Virus record (IMG/VR): IMGVR_UViG_3300017560_000010
DNA: 64,000 nucleotides
Source: a virus
Reading direction: 5' to 3' (one strand)
The translations under genes and the position numbers were made by a program. The stretch's first letter is position 1, and every line of letters begins with the position of its first letter. The notes beneath the pieces were generated by a model. That model made no database searches. It saw only the letters and a program-made list of their open reading frames with translations, and was not told where the DNA came from. This document shows positions 20,135-30,479 of this stretch, in pieces.

Positions 20135-20539
20135 TTACTTCGGAAGGGCGGCCAGATCTTCTTCTGCCAAAGGCGCCCGAACCAGGCTCTGTGCGAAGAC
20201 CGGATCCCCGTTGGCACCCTGGTTCGGCACGAAGCCGAAGCTTCTCCAGAAACGCTCCAGGCGCGGCAGGCTCATCCCCGCGAATGTCGCGTCCGGCGTC
20301 AGCCTGACTGTCGTTCCAGCCTGGTCGGCCCAGGCAAGGATACCCCGGATGATCCCGCTTCCGATGCCCCAACCCCTGTCCTCTGGCGGCACGAAGACGG
20401 TTTGAAGGATCAACGTCCTGCGGCCGGATCCCGAGAGCAGGCATCGGCCGGAGACAGTGACCCGCTTCTCGGCGGCTTTTGCACAAACGAGCTCGAAACC
20501 CTGTTTCCACTCTTGGCCTTCCCCGTGTTTCACGGGCAT
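20135..20539 (-). CDS. GNAT family N-acetyltransferase (small)
   Basis: RGWGIGSGII motif-A-like segment. Confidence 0.5.
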   Translation of the reverse strand: MPVKHGEGQEWKQGFELVCAKAAEKRVTVSGRCLLSGSGRRTLILQTVFVPPEDRGWGIGSGIIRGILAWADQAGTTVRLTPDATFAGMSLPRLERFWRSFGFVPNQGANGDPVFAQSLVRAPLAEEDLAALPK

Positions 20540-21660
20540 GGCAGATCCGCATCCTGCAGTTCAGGCGTCAATGCTGCCATGTCGTCGATCCATCCGATCG
20601 TAAAACCGATTTCCGCGGCCTTATCGCGGAAGGATTGCGGTATGTCGAGCCCTTCCCGCCTGGAGACAACGGACGCCAGTTCAAGCACAAGTCTTGCCCC
20701 TTCCCGAAGTGGATCAACCCTGATTGGTTCCGGGAAATCTTCTCTGAAATGGGGAAATCCTCTGATGAAGGAGGAAATCATGCTCTCGGGAAGGTCTTTC
20801 CTGTCGAAACCGGGGATGGGTTCCAGTCGCAGACTCCGCATCACGAGGTGCTCTTTCGTGGCTCGTGCCTGGATTCCGTCGCAGATCTCATAGCCGTCTT
20901 TCCAGACGACCTTCTGCTCCTCATAGAGGACACATGTTCCCCTGCCTTGCGACAGTCGGTCGATAACCGCGGCGAGATGGCCGTTCAGGCGCTCGGAAAG
21001 ATCTCCAGGTGTCGTTTGCAGGCTTGTCCAGGCCCGGAGAGTAGCGCAGGCACCCTTCCCCTTCAGCAACTTTGCGTAGGTTGGGCGCACCGTGAGAACA
21101 GCCCCCAGGAGGGTTTTGCGCCTGTCTATGGCAACATCCTCCTCGACGATCTCATAGCCTCTTTCGCCCGCCTTCCGGTCCCAATGGCGCGAGGTTCCCG
21201 TGCCTGGAGCGAAATGCCGGTCGTAGGCACGTTTGCCAGCCAGTCCCGACAGGTTCTTCCCGATCTCCGTCGCGGGGTCGAGCGCATCGTCCCACTCGCT
21301 GAGGAGTGCGGCAGCATCTGCCGCACTCCGGATCTCAGCAATACGCGAATAGACAGGTGCGATCACTTCGACGACCGGGGGTGTTCGATCGATACCTTTA
21401 CCAGTATCCCAGTCAAGAAGCTCGGAGCCGTTATTGTTTCCGGATCTGATCGTAAAGGAGAATTCGCGATCGCCGATTGTCACGATCCCTTCTGCGCTGA
21501 GGTTCAGCACGTCATGATGGACGACGTCGGTGATGGTCACATAGGGATGCGATCCGCCATAATGGGCGAGCTCGAACATCGACTTCTGGATGTCATCGTG
21601 AAGGTCAGCAGGAATATCCTGGGTAAATCTGCTCCAGGCAGCCTTTTCTGTTTCCCTCAT
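20530..21660 (-). CDS. Hypothetical protein (377 aa)
   Basis: Start MRETEK with GAGG RBS. Overlaps the downstream GNAT gene by 10 nt, suggesting an operon. Confidence 0.45.
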   Translation of the reverse strand: MRETEKAAWSRFTQDIPADLHDDIQKSMFELAHYGGSHPYVTITDVVHHDVLNLSAEGIVTIGDREFSFTIRSGNNNGSELLDWDTGKGIDRTPPVVEVIAPVYSRIAEIRSAADAAALLSEWDDALDPATEIGKNLSGLAGKRAYDRHFAPGTGTSRHWDRKAGERGYEIVEEDVAIDRRKTLLGAVLTVRPTYAKLLKGKGACATLRAWTSLQTTPGDLSERLNGHLAAVIDRLSQGRGTCVLYEEQKVVWKDGYEICDGIQARATKEHLVMRSLRLEPIPGFDRKDLPESMISSFIRGFPHFREDFPEPIRVDPLREGARLVLELASVVSRREGLDIPQSFRDKAAEIGFTIGWIDDMAALTPELQDADLPCP

Positions 21661-22101
21661 CCCGGCCTCAATAGGAGCTATCGCTTCCAGAGCTCGACGA
21701 GTCGTAACTCGAGGAACTTGAGGAGCTGTCGTAACTCGAGGAACTGCTGTAACTCCCCGACCAGTTGGCACCACTCTCCCGGCCGGAATCCTGAATGCCA
21801 CCATCGGTCCGATCGGCGGCTTGATCCTCTACCCGATCGTGTCGATTGCCAGATTTTCTGGCCCCATCATGACCAGGATCGGTCAGGTTGAGGAATGTCT
21901 GGTGGATGGCGAGATTACCTGACGTATCCGTGTTCCGGCCAGAGCTCGACCTTCCAGGAAGTCGGTTTTGAGTTTTTGGAGTTTTTTCCGACTGCTCTTT
22001 TTCTTTGTTTCTTTTACCGAAAAAGAACGATATCCGCTCAAGGATTTTCATTTTTCGCCTTCCCTCTTGAAAATGCTCCAGGAACAGTTTCTTCTTTCTA
22101 T

Positions 22102-22542
22102 CTATGCGGATTGCCGAAGATTTCTTCCGTTTCCCTCGTGGAATCCAGTTTTCATCGAGGCAAATTCTCTCCATCTGGCAAGCAGTTCCGACAGGAGGGG
22201 CCTGAATGCCGAGGTAGCCCGACAAGCATGGGGACTTTCCTCATATTCGCAAAGCCTGGCCTTACAAAGCATCTCCCTGAACATAAGCCCGGCGAGGTCG
22301 CAACGCCTGTCCGTCATCTTCTCCAGGTCTTCGAGAACCGCGATCGCGCATTCATCGAATGACGCGTCGGCGCCGAAGATGGATGTGAAGAGCAGCCATG
22401 GATCGAAACATGACCCTGGATCCAGTGCGGAACTGCGCAAAGGCGTCTTCAGGAGCCTCCGCACCTCCTCAGCTGCGGCCGCTTCGGCATCCGCGGCGGC
22501 GGCCGGCCAATAGAACCCTTCGATCATGCCACACCTGACCAT
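22102..22542 (-). CDS. Hypothetical protein
   Basis: 146-aa ORF. Confidence 0.35.
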   Translation of the reverse strand: MVRCGMIEGFYWPAAAADAEAAAAEEVRRLLKTPLRSSALDPGSCFDPWLLFTSIFGADASFDECAIAVLEDLEKMTDRRCDLAGLMFREMLCKARLCEYEESPHACRATSAFRPLLSELLARWREFASMKTGFHEGNGRNLRQSA

Positions 22543-22766
22543 TGAGCGATGCGAGCGTCCATATCGTCCTGCGCAGCCGTCTTGAGGTCTTCCAGGCTTG
22601 CTCCCTTTTCGAGGCTGATGCGTTCCAGTCGCGTCTGAAACGATCGGCCATGGCCGATGATCCTTTCGACCATTCGGTAATGTTCATTGATCACATAGGT
22701 GCCCGTATCAGCCTCCGCGTAGGGTGGCTCACCCTCGTTTTCGACCCAGAGAAGCTTTTTCGCCAT
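22524..22766 (-). CDS. Small hypothetical protein
   Basis: 80-aa ORF overlapping the downstream gene start. Confidence 0.35.
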   Translation of the reverse strand: MAKKLLWVENEGEPPYAEADTGTYVINEHYRMVERIIGHGRSFQTRLERISLEKGASLEDLKTAAQDDMDARIAQWSGVA

Positions 22767-22843
22767 TGAGGTTCCTCGACCGTTGCAAACAATATAGCCG
22801 GCGGGAACTCCGCCGGCTATATTGTTTTCTCATATGCGTTGGA

Positions 22844-23845
22844 TCAAGCTTCTGCTTCGATCACCTTCTCGGCCTTCACAGCCGATGGTTTGCGCGGTGG
22901 CTTTGCCGCGGATTTCGGCGCTGCACTGCCAGGCTCCAGGTTTGCCGCCAGAAGCGGAAACATCGCCGGGCTGTTGTCCCGCCCGCCGGCAGAACCCGTC
23001 ACGAAGATCACCTTGCCGCCCGACTGGCCGACAGTCGTCAGCGCTTCCATCTCGTTGACGGCCAGCATGAACGAAAGGGCATCCTTATGCGTCAGGTCGG
23101 TCCCATCCATGAATTTCTTCATGGCGGCAGATTGCCCTTCTGCGATGGTGTTGCGGAAATCGGCCAGGCCCTTCCCTTTTTCACGCACGCTTTCTGCTTC
23201 GGCCTTTGCGGTTGCCACCAGCATGGTCTTGTTTGCCTCGGCCTCGTTGATTGCCGCCTCTTTCAGCCGCTCCGAGGCCAGGACACGTTCGAATGCCGCC
23301 CGGAGTTCGGCCGAAGGCTGCGGATCGTCGACCAGTACGTCGATGATCCGATAGCCGCATTCGGCCATCTTCGCGCTGAGCTCCTGCTCGATATCGTCCT
23401 TGAAGGCATCACGCGCCTTGAACAGGTCGATCATCTTCATCCGCCCGGCAGTGGCCCTGACCTGGTTGGTCACATATGATTTGATCTGCTGCGCGGGATT
23501 GTCGAGCTTGTAGGTTGCCGCTTCCACATCCGATTCATCGACTGTCATCTGGATCCGGATCGGCAGGATGACCGAGGCGTTGTCTGCCGACATCACGGAA
23601 ACCTCCTGCGAGATCTCCATGGTCTGCAGCGATTTCACGGCGGACACGGCCTGGATCGGCCAGGGCGCCTTGAAGCTCAGGCCCGCCTTGCGATAGCCGG
23701 AATACTTACCGAAGGTTTCGAGAACCTTCACGTGGCGCTGCGGGGTGATGACGATCATCGAGAGCGCGAGGCTCAGGGCGATCAGACCGACGATCAGCCA
23801 GACGATGGCAGAAATGAGACCCATGGTGCTTTCCTCTTGAGGCAT
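22844..23845 (-). CDS. SPFH/band-7 (stomatin/HflC-like) membrane protein
   Basis: N-terminal TM anchor ISAIVWLIVGLIALSLALSMIVI followed by an SPFH core. Confidence 0.7.
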   Translation of the reverse strand: MPQEESTMGLISAIVWLIVGLIALSLALSMIVITPQRHVKVLETFGKYSGYRKAGLSFKAPWPIQAVSAVKSLQTMEISQEVSVMSADNASVILPIRIQMTVDESDVEAATYKLDNPAQQIKSYVTNQVRATAGRMKMIDLFKARDAFKDDIEQELSAKMAECGYRIIDVLVDDPQPSAELRAAFERVLASERLKEAAINEAEANKTMLVATAKAEAESVREKGKGLADFRNTIAEGQSAAMKKFMDGTDLTHKDALSFMLAVNEMEALTTVGQSGGKVIFVTGSAGGRDNSPAMFPLLAANLEPGSAAPKSAAKPPRKPSAVKAEKVIEAEA

Positions 23846-24015
23846 TTTCTCATGCAGATTATCACGCAGGTTTTCGCCTGACCAGCGCTGAAATCATTGC
23901 GTGATCCTGATTACAGATCAACGACCCGCTCTCATCGATACGGATTCTCCAATACATTTTCGCATGACAGTCACGGTTGGGCTGTTGTATGATCAGGAAA
24001 ACGTAAGAGGTCGGA

Positions 24016-24216
24016 ATGCCATACATGTCGAATACGGAGATCCGCGAAGCTCCGAGCGGATACAAGCCCGCCGAGGTCCTGGATGCCGGTCGGGTCAAAG
24101 GGCCGCAATGCTGCGATCGGCCGATGGCCGATGACGGTGGCTGCTCGGACGGATGTTGCGACGACTATCGCTGCGACAGCTGCGGCCATCGGGTTCGTGT
24201 CGAGTGGCCGGACTGA
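24016..24216 (+). CDS. Small cysteine-rich protein (8 Cys in 30 aa)
   Basis: CCDRPMADDGGCSDGCCDDYRCDSCGH. First gene of the long + strand operon. Confidence 0.4.
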   Translation: MPYMSNTEIREAPSGYKPAEVLDAGRVKGPQCCDRPMADDGGCSDGCCDDYRCDSCGHRVRVEWPD

Positions 24217-24228
24217 GGAAAGGCGAAG

Positions 24229-24459
24229 ATGAGCATGTCAGTTCAGTCATCCCCCGCGATGCAGTCATCCTATGCGCCACCTCCCGGTGGTTCCGCTCTC
24301 CCGCCAAAGCCAGGCAGCGATGCCGCCATGGCTCTGGGATGTAAATGTGCGAGGATGGACAATCATTACGGTCGTGGCTGGGGCGGTGACGGGGATCGCT
24401 TCGGCTGGGTCATCAGCGGCGACTGCGTCATGCACAGCGTCAACCGGGATGGCTTGTGA
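24229..24459 (+). CDS. Small hypothetical protein
   Basis: 76 aa; start is 13 nt after the preceding stop. Confidence 0.35.
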   Translation: MSMSVQSSPAMQSSYAPPPGGSALPPKPGSDAAMALGCKCARMDNHYGRGWGGDGDRFGWVISGDCVMHSVNRDGL

Positions 24460-25094
24460 TGAAGGCCGCAGCGAGCGACAGCGCTGCTGAGGCGCCTTAT
24501 CGTCCCGTGGGGCGGCTTCCCGATGGACGGGAGCTGTATTGGGCGCCTTCTTCGGCATCGGCGATGCGGGAGGCTGAGGGAAGTCTCCAGTCTCGGGTAG
24601 CACCATGGATGGAGGCTTGCTTCGGACCCGAGATCAGCAACGATCACCTCGAGCGAGGTGATCGCCTCCTGGAAGAGGTCCTCGAGCTGCTTCAGTCCGG
24701 GGATTATCCGATCGAGCGCGCCGCGGCGATGATCGGCTATGTCTGGTCACGTCCCAAGGGGGAGCCCGAGCAGGAGGTCGGCGGCGTCATGCTGACACTG
24801 GCCGCCTATTGCCTGAAGCAAGGCATCGACATGCATGATGCCGGCGAAAAGGAACTCTCCAGGGTCTGGACGAAGGTCGAGAAAATCCGCAGCAAACAAG
24901 CGGTCAAACCTGTTGGAGAGGCACTGACGGTCACGACACCGGCCGCCTGTCCGGCCCTGACGCGCTTTGCCGCGAATGTCATCCTGGGCCTGTTGAAACG
25001 CGGTGATCCAGTTGCCGAGGCGTTGCTTCAGGATAGCGGATCATCGGAGCAGACCAGGAACTTCCTTCAGAAACTGAGCGCCTCCGATGTGTGA
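24456..25094 (+). CDS. Hypothetical protein, possibly MazG/HisE-like all-alpha NTP pyrophosphohydrolase
   Basis: LEEVLELLQ ... EPEQEVGGVMLTLAAYCLKQGIDMHDAGEKELSRVWTK resembles the paired EExxE/D helices of MazG-like proteins. Confidence 0.35.
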   Translation: MMKAAASDSAAEAPYRPVGRLPDGRELYWAPSSASAMREAEGSLQSRVAPWMEACFGPEISNDHLERGDRLLEEVLELLQSGDYPIERAAAMIGYVWSRPKGEPEQEVGGVMLTLAAYCLKQGIDMHDAGEKELSRVWTKVEKIRSKQAVKPVGEALTVTTPAACPALTRFAANVILGLLKRGDPVAEALLQDSGSSEQTRNFLQKLSASDV

Positions 25095-25644
25095 AAAACC
25101 TCAAGATGACCCGGAGACCCGTATCGGGATTATCCTGAACGGTGACGGGCCGGTTGTCCTGTCCCGGGCGCAGCTGCGAAAGCTCGCGGATGAAAGCCGT
25201 GAGCTTCGGGCGGAGGTCGACCGCCTGAAGAAGCAGTGCGATGCCCTTCAGGTCGACTGGGTCAGGGAAAACTATCGGGCTGAAAAGGCCGAGGAGCTTG
25301 TCGCCGGTATCGAAGAAGCGACCATCCGGCGGGCGGCCGGGATCATCGACACTTGGGCGTTAGGCCGGGACAGGGATGGAGATTACCTGACACCACGCAT
25401 CGATGGTGACCGTTCGGCGATGATCTACTCTGGGCAAATCAGGGCGCTGCCCCGCCTTTCAGACCAGGAGGCGCTTCAATACACGGTGAAAATGGCGCAG
25501 GACGATATCCTGTCGGCGGCAAATCGCTACCTGAAGGCACAATACGGTATCTATCCTCTCGAAAACCCTGTCGATCGGTCCCGCATCGATGCATTGCTAC
25601 CGCCAATCGTGAAACCCATTCATGAAGATATGGAAAGGTCCTGA
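25087..25644 (+). CDS. Hypothetical protein with coiled-coil
   Basis: Overlaps the previous stop by 8 nt. Confidence 0.4.
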   Translation: MCEKPQDDPETRIGIILNGDGPVVLSRAQLRKLADESRELRAEVDRLKKQCDALQVDWVRENYRAEKAEELVAGIEEATIRRAAGIIDTWALGRDRDGDYLTPRIDGDRSAMIYSGQIRALPRLSDQEALQYTVKMAQDDILSAANRYLKAQYGIYPLENPVDRSRIDALLPPIVKPIHEDMERS

Positions 25645-26458
25645 GATGGGCGGCACACTCAACTGGGTCATCAGGGATGCGACCGGATCAGTCCGATGCT
25701 TTACAGGCTGGACGAACACGCTTCCGACCGGGATGCTGACACCGGCATTTGCCCGCGGGGAAAACGCAGGCATCGAGTATGCGATCGGGAAAATCACCGA
25801 TGGCAAGCAGAAGTCGGATGGTCTTCATCCTTCTGGATACGGGTTGATCGTGACGGATTTCATGACCGGATCCATCCTCAGTATGCAGGGTTATACGGAT
25901 CTGACGAGGATCCTCGCCTTCTCGAATGTCTATGCCGACATGGACAGCCATCATGCCCAACTGCGCAAACTCTCCGAGGCGGGCCTGATCACCTCATACG
26001 AGCTCACCATCTCCAGAAAGGATGTCGAGTTCTTCCTGGAGACCCATGGGGCATCGGTCGAATGGCTGAATGCGTCATTTGCCACGGCCACCTTCCCTGG
26101 CGAACGGTCCTATGACGAGGTAACCGAAATCGAAAGAACCGCCCGTGAGAAATTCGAACTCGTTTTTCCACGCGATGTCCGCAGTGAGGATGATCCCCGC
26201 CTTCTGGAATACCTGAAGGTTCATCAGGCAGCCAGCGAGGAGGAACGCAAGCCCGCCTTTCCCTCTTGCGGCCAGGCCAACCTGTCTCTCGGCGGTCTTG
26301 CGATCATCGATTTCGATGAAACCGCAGAGGGCGGCCGCGAGATGCTGTCGGAGTTGCGCAATCTCGGTTTCGACTTGAGCCAGGCAGAGGAAGAAGCCTG
26401 GGCCGGATGGATCCAGAATCTGGAAGAGGATGAGATCGAGGACGAGGTTCAGCCATGA
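25622..26458 (+). CDS. Hypothetical protein
   Basis: Translationally coupled to flanking genes. Confidence 0.4.
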   Translation: MKIWKGPEMGGTLNWVIRDATGSVRCFTGWTNTLPTGMLTPAFARGENAGIEYAIGKITDGKQKSDGLHPSGYGLIVTDFMTGSILSMQGYTDLTRILAFSNVYADMDSHHAQLRKLSEAGLITSYELTISRKDVEFFLETHGASVEWLNASFATATFPGERSYDEVTEIERTAREKFELVFPRDVRSEDDPRLLEYLKVHQAASEEERKPAFPSCGQANLSLGGLAIIDFDETAEGGREMLSELRNLGFDLSQAEEEAWAGWIQNLEEDEIEDEVQP

Positions 26459-26718
26459 CTGACGTCGATGCCTATCTCCAGGTCAGGGAGGCTGTCGCCG
26501 ATGCGGTCCGCAAGGCTTTCCGCGGAAGCGCCTTCAATGCTCATAGCGTGGCAGAAGCCGAAGCCATGGCGGAATGTGCCGCTTCTGCAGTCGCAAGTCC
26601 ATTCTACACGGCCCTGCGCGACCGGCCGCGCATCCAGGACATCAGGATCTGCGACGAGGAAAATTGCAAGAGCGGACAGGGAAAGCCGCATATTCTGACG
26701 CTGGCTTGCCGCACGTGA
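26455..26718 (+). CDS. Small hypothetical protein
   Basis: ATGA overlap with the previous gene. Confidence 0.35.
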   Translation: MTDVDAYLQVREAVADAVRKAFRGSAFNAHSVAEAEAMAECAASAVASPFYTALRDRPRIQDIRICDEENCKSGQGKPHILTLACRT

Positions 26719-26802
26719 CGTCGCTGAGGCAGCGTCTGAAGGCCAGATCCGTAAATCCCGATCCAATAACGATCAACTTTTTGCTGAACAGGAACGATTT
26801 TC

Positions 26803-27393
26803 GTGCAGACGACCACCCTATCCTATTCGAACATCCATAAACATGGGGAGCTCTTCGCGAATTTGTTTCGCGCGAGGAAGCAACATTTCATCGACCGTCG
26901 GAAGTGGCAGCTTCCGGAAACCGATGGAATGGAATTCGACCAATACGATACGCCGATGAGCAGGTGGATCGCGATTCACGACAGTGAGCGCGTGCTTGCC
27001 GGATTCCGTCTGACTCCGACCACGGCGGTATGCGGCAGCTACAGTTACATGATCCGCGACGCCCAGAACGGAATTCTTGGCGGGTCGATCCCGGAGAATC
27101 TTCTGGATTCAGAAGCGCCGGTCGACCAGAATACCTGGGAGTTGACCCGCGTCTTCATCGATCACGCCATCCCCCAAGGCGGCCGGCGCCGGGTGCAAAT
27201 GCGTCTTGTGGAATCGATCATTGAAACAGCCCGTGAGTTGGGAGCACTTCATCTCATCGCACTGACCGATGCCACTTGGCCACGGTTTTTCAGCCGGTGT
27301 GGCCTCGAGGCGGAGGCGGCCGGCCCCCGGGTGTCGATTGATGACGGTGAATTTCAATGCGTGATGATTCATTTGAAAGGCAAGATGCACTGA
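26803..27393 (+). CDS. Acyl-homoserine-lactone synthase (LuxI family)
   Basis: LuxI-family invariant positions are present: R..F.....W, EFDQYD, RLTPTT, WELTRVF. Confidence 0.75.
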   Translation: MQTTTLSYSNIHKHGELFANLFRARKQHFIDRRKWQLPETDGMEFDQYDTPMSRWIAIHDSERVLAGFRLTPTTAVCGSYSYMIRDAQNGILGGSIPENLLDSEAPVDQNTWELTRVFIDHAIPQGGRRRVQMRLVESIIETARELGALHLIALTDATWPRFFSRCGLEAEAAGPRVSIDDGEFQCVMIHLKGKMH

Positions 27394-27568
27394 GGCTCAG
27401 TGTCTGAGTTGCGCGCCCGGTCCGCGTATCTGGAACGGCGGGAGCGAAGTGGCGGGACCAGGTCCGGCGGTGGTTGCAAACACCGTCCGGAAACCGGTCC
27501 CGTCGCGTTTTTCACCGAGGCTTATGGGTTTTTCGACAGGCCGGACTAACTTGAAGGCATGCTGATGG

Positions 27569-28315
27569 ATGAGGATCGACATGGCACAAAAATACGTTCT
27601 ACGCGCACGCGGTCGCGACCCCATCATTGCCAGGACTGGCCTTGACGACCAGCCTGTGGAGATCTTCAACAGGCTGGTCGAGGAACACGAAATTGCTGTG
27701 GGCGACGCCTATTCCTTTGTCGAGGTCGGGAAAACATCGCATGGTCACGTCTACCCCGATGGAAAGGCTGTCGCATGGGAGGACAAGAGCCCCCCGCGCG
27801 AGTTGATCTGGGATGTCCTGGACCTGCCCAATATCTCCCCTGCGGCGAAGGCCGTCCTGTTCAGCCAGTTCGGCGACAGGGATCGGGTGTTCACGGTCTC
27901 GAATGTGGAGATCAAGCTTCATCAGACAGCCATGATGGCGCTCGATGAGCTGCAGACGAAAGGGTTCGTCCGCCCGGTCTGGGACGACAACACCCGCACC
28001 AGCATGGCAAGATCCTGGGCACTCACGGATTTGGGGAAATCCCATCCGCGGATGGGAAGCTACGAGGAGTTCCGGGACATGAAGTTCCCGATGGTGGAGC
28101 GTATCGATATGGTGCGGCAGGAACGCCTTTACCAAGTCGCCGAAGATCATGGCTGGTCCCTGGCTCTGGACCCGCGGGGCGAGCTCCCGGGGCTTCATCT
28201 GATCCATGCCGAACAGGAAAGGATCTGGCCGCCGGAGGATCCGGATGGTGCGATCAGGGATTTGGGGATCGATCCTGACATCGACGATGATGCGACTCCT
28301 GGTTTCGAGCACTGA
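27569..28315 (+). CDS. Hypothetical protein
   Basis: 248 aa; no motif recognised. Confidence 0.4.
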   Translation: MRIDMAQKYVLRARGRDPIIARTGLDDQPVEIFNRLVEEHEIAVGDAYSFVEVGKTSHGHVYPDGKAVAWEDKSPPRELIWDVLDLPNISPAAKAVLFSQFGDRDRVFTVSNVEIKLHQTAMMALDELQTKGFVRPVWDDNTRTSMARSWALTDLGKSHPRMGSYEEFRDMKFPMVERIDMVRQERLYQVAEDHGWSLALDPRGELPGLHLIHAEQERIWPPEDPDGAIRDLGIDPDIDDDATPGFEH

Positions 28316-28866
28316 TGAGGGCGCCGGACATGGACCGTTTCGAGTTGGACAGGATCGCTGCAAAAGGCAGGCGATTCAATGCGTGGGTCGTCAGAGAGAA
28401 GATATCTCCCACCGAGTTGTTCAGGATGACGCAAGAGCAACGTGACATGATTGCATCTCAGGCGGCGGCAAGCGGAATTCCCATTCCCATCACCGAAGCT
28501 GGCTTTTTTTATCACGGGACATCGATGTCCCGAGCTCGCCTGATCGGGATCGAAGGACTTGCACCCAACAAGAAAAGCTCCTGGGCCAAGGACGGATATG
28601 CGCTCCACAGGCAGGATCGGGTCTTCTTTTGTGACACGATCCGGGCTGCGGAGTTCTATGCGGTGCAAATGTCGAAAACGCGCCCCTGCCTGCTCAGGAT
28701 CAAGGAAGATAGGTTGCAGGACAGGAACCCAGATCCGAGGGAGGCCGATGGCTGCTGGTTCGTTTCCAGATCGATCGCGCCCGAAGATATCGAGATATGG
28801 GTATCCGACTGCTGGACTTCGATATCCCCTCCGGAAACGGAGCTCGATACATCTCCCGCTCCCTGA
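28315..28866 (+). CDS. Hypothetical protein; possible Tpt1/KptA-like or ADP-ribosyltransferase-fold protein
   Basis: FFYHGTSMSRARLIGIEGL....YALH parallels the KptA LYHGT...IxxGL...RHYVHLS segment. Weak. Confidence 0.3.
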   Translation: MRAPDMDRFELDRIAAKGRRFNAWVVREKISPTELFRMTQEQRDMIASQAAASGIPIPITEAGFFYHGTSMSRARLIGIEGLAPNKKSSWAKDGYALHRQDRVFFCDTIRAAEFYAVQMSKTRPCLLRIKEDRLQDRNPDPREADGCWFVSRSIAPEDIEIWVSDCWTSISPPETELDTSPAP

Positions 28867-28929
28867 TTGGTTTGCATTTTTTTCGCATCGCTCTTCTATA
28901 TTAGTGTGGACCGACAGTGAGGTTACGTC

Positions 28930-29439
28930 ATGACAAAGCAGAACGAATTCGGGATCGAGCAAGCCACGATCCTCACCATTTCGACAGCACATCTTTCCCG
29001 TGACACGATCGAGAGGATCGAGGCGGAAAAGGGTGATATGTCCGAGGGCCCGTCTATTGCTATCCGGGAGGAAGGGTTCCTGGTGAACTCCTATCGGGGC
29101 GATGATGCACCCCTCGATCGCGCTTTCACTGCGGGGCTCTTCAAGCCTCTTGCTGAACGCCATCCGGATCTGGTGCTGATCCAGGCGCTTGCGCGCGGCT
29201 TGGGAGCGGAGTGGATCAATATCGACCGGGATGGGGTCGAGTATTCCGATATCCTTCCGACCTATGATGATAATGGCATCGTTTCGGTGCCATCAGCTGA
29301 TGGCTGGAGGGACGCTCTGAACCGGGTTGGCGTGAACTATTGGGGTGCGCCGGTGGTGCTTCCAGAGCGCGGAACCCTGGAGATCATCGAGGCGGGACAG
29401 ACGCCAGGCCAGGACCTGGAGGATGCACCTGGTCTCTGA
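28930..29439 (+). CDS. Hypothetical protein
   Basis: 169 aa. Confidence 0.4.
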   Translation: MTKQNEFGIEQATILTISTAHLSRDTIERIEAEKGDMSEGPSIAIREEGFLVNSYRGDDAPLDRAFTAGLFKPLAERHPDLVLIQALARGLGAEWINIDRDGVEYSDILPTYDDNGIVSVPSADGWRDALNRVGVNYWGAPVVLPERGTLEIIEAGQTPGQDLEDAPGL

Positions 29440-29538
29440 TCGGCGACCAGCATACAACGGCATTGCGCCATGTGAAATTGTTTGCCTTTCTGACAGGCGA
29501 TCGGGTAACATCGAACAAATTCTCATGTGGAGATATCG

Positions 29539-29826
29539 ATGACCCGCATTCACAAGCTGGACCTGATCAAGCACCGCTTCGAGTTGCTCGCGGCCGGCGA
29601 TCGCTCCTTCGACACAAGACCGGTCCATGCCGACTTTCAGCGGGGGGACATCATCGTCTATCGCATGATGGACGACACGGGTCGCTATGCTGAAATGGAT
29701 CCTCAGACCCGGAACTCCATCAGGAAGAGCTTCCGCATCGAATTCGTTCAGCAGGGCGGTCAGGATGGAATTGCGCCAGGCTGGTGTGTCCTCGGTCTGC
29801 GCATGGTGGAGGAACAGACGGCATGA
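29539..29826 (+). CDS. Small hypothetical protein
   Basis: 95 aa. Confidence 0.35.
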   Translation: MTRIHKLDLIKHRFELLAAGDRSFDTRPVHADFQRGDIIVYRMMDDTGRYAEMDPQTRNSIRKSFRIEFVQQGGQDGIAPGWCVLGLRMVEEQTA

Positions 29827-30422
29827 GCCTGCATGCCCGCTGTCACGCAAGGGAGTATCTCGCCTCCAGCGGCCTGTCCATTGAGGATCTTGATCGGGAA
29901 GATTTCCGTCTTCTGGTGAGACACCTCAACCGATCTATCAGGTCGACCAGCGAGGATATGCGGGACATAAAAGTCGGTGGGCGCATCCGGATCGTCGGTA
30001 TCGGAGGGAGGCGAATTGTCGAGATCCGCTGCAGCTCCGACTATTTCGACAACCGGGAAGCCGTTACGTTCAATCGGGATGGTTTCGTCGGGATTTGTGG
30101 TTGGGCGGACAGGAAGAACAGCCTGGCCTTCACGCGCGGTTTCTGTTCCTGGGTGGATGACCTGGCCCCGGATTTCTGGCCCTCACGGGCTTCGGAGGTA
30201 ATCTCTCGCCTCAGTGAAAAGGTCAGGTCCGGACAGTCTGGCATGACTGCGACCGGAGCTCAGGGTGATGGCACCGAGGAGATACTGCTCGCCAACCTGG
30301 TCAGGAAGATCGAAACGAAGGCCGGAGAAGAGGATCCGCCGGTCTGGCTCCACCAGGATCGGATTACGGATATCGTCCGCAAGTTCCTGTCGCCGGCTGC
30401 GATGCCGACCGGTCATTCGTGA
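29823..30422 (+). CDS. Hypothetical protein
   Basis: ATGA start/stop overlap with the previous gene. Confidence 0.4.
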   Translation: MSLHARCHAREYLASSGLSIEDLDREDFRLLVRHLNRSIRSTSEDMRDIKVGGRIRIVGIGGRRIVEIRCSSDYFDNREAVTFNRDGFVGICGWADRKNSLAFTRGFCSWVDDLAPDFWPSRASEVISRLSEKVRSGQSGMTATGAQGDGTEEILLANLVRKIETKAGEEDPPVWLHQDRITDIVRKFLSPAAMPTGHS

Positions 30423-30479
30423 CAGGTCAGGCGCAAGCGACCGTCACCGCAATCCATACGCGCAACTCGAGGTCATTGG

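Noticed and set aside
21668-22225. 185-aa minus ORF ending in SYSSSSSYDSSSSSSSYDSSSSGSDSSY
   Set aside because: The low-complexity tail derives from a short tandem DNA repeat, and the rest lies in the AT-rich putative regulatory region. It is kept as a finding rather than a CDS.
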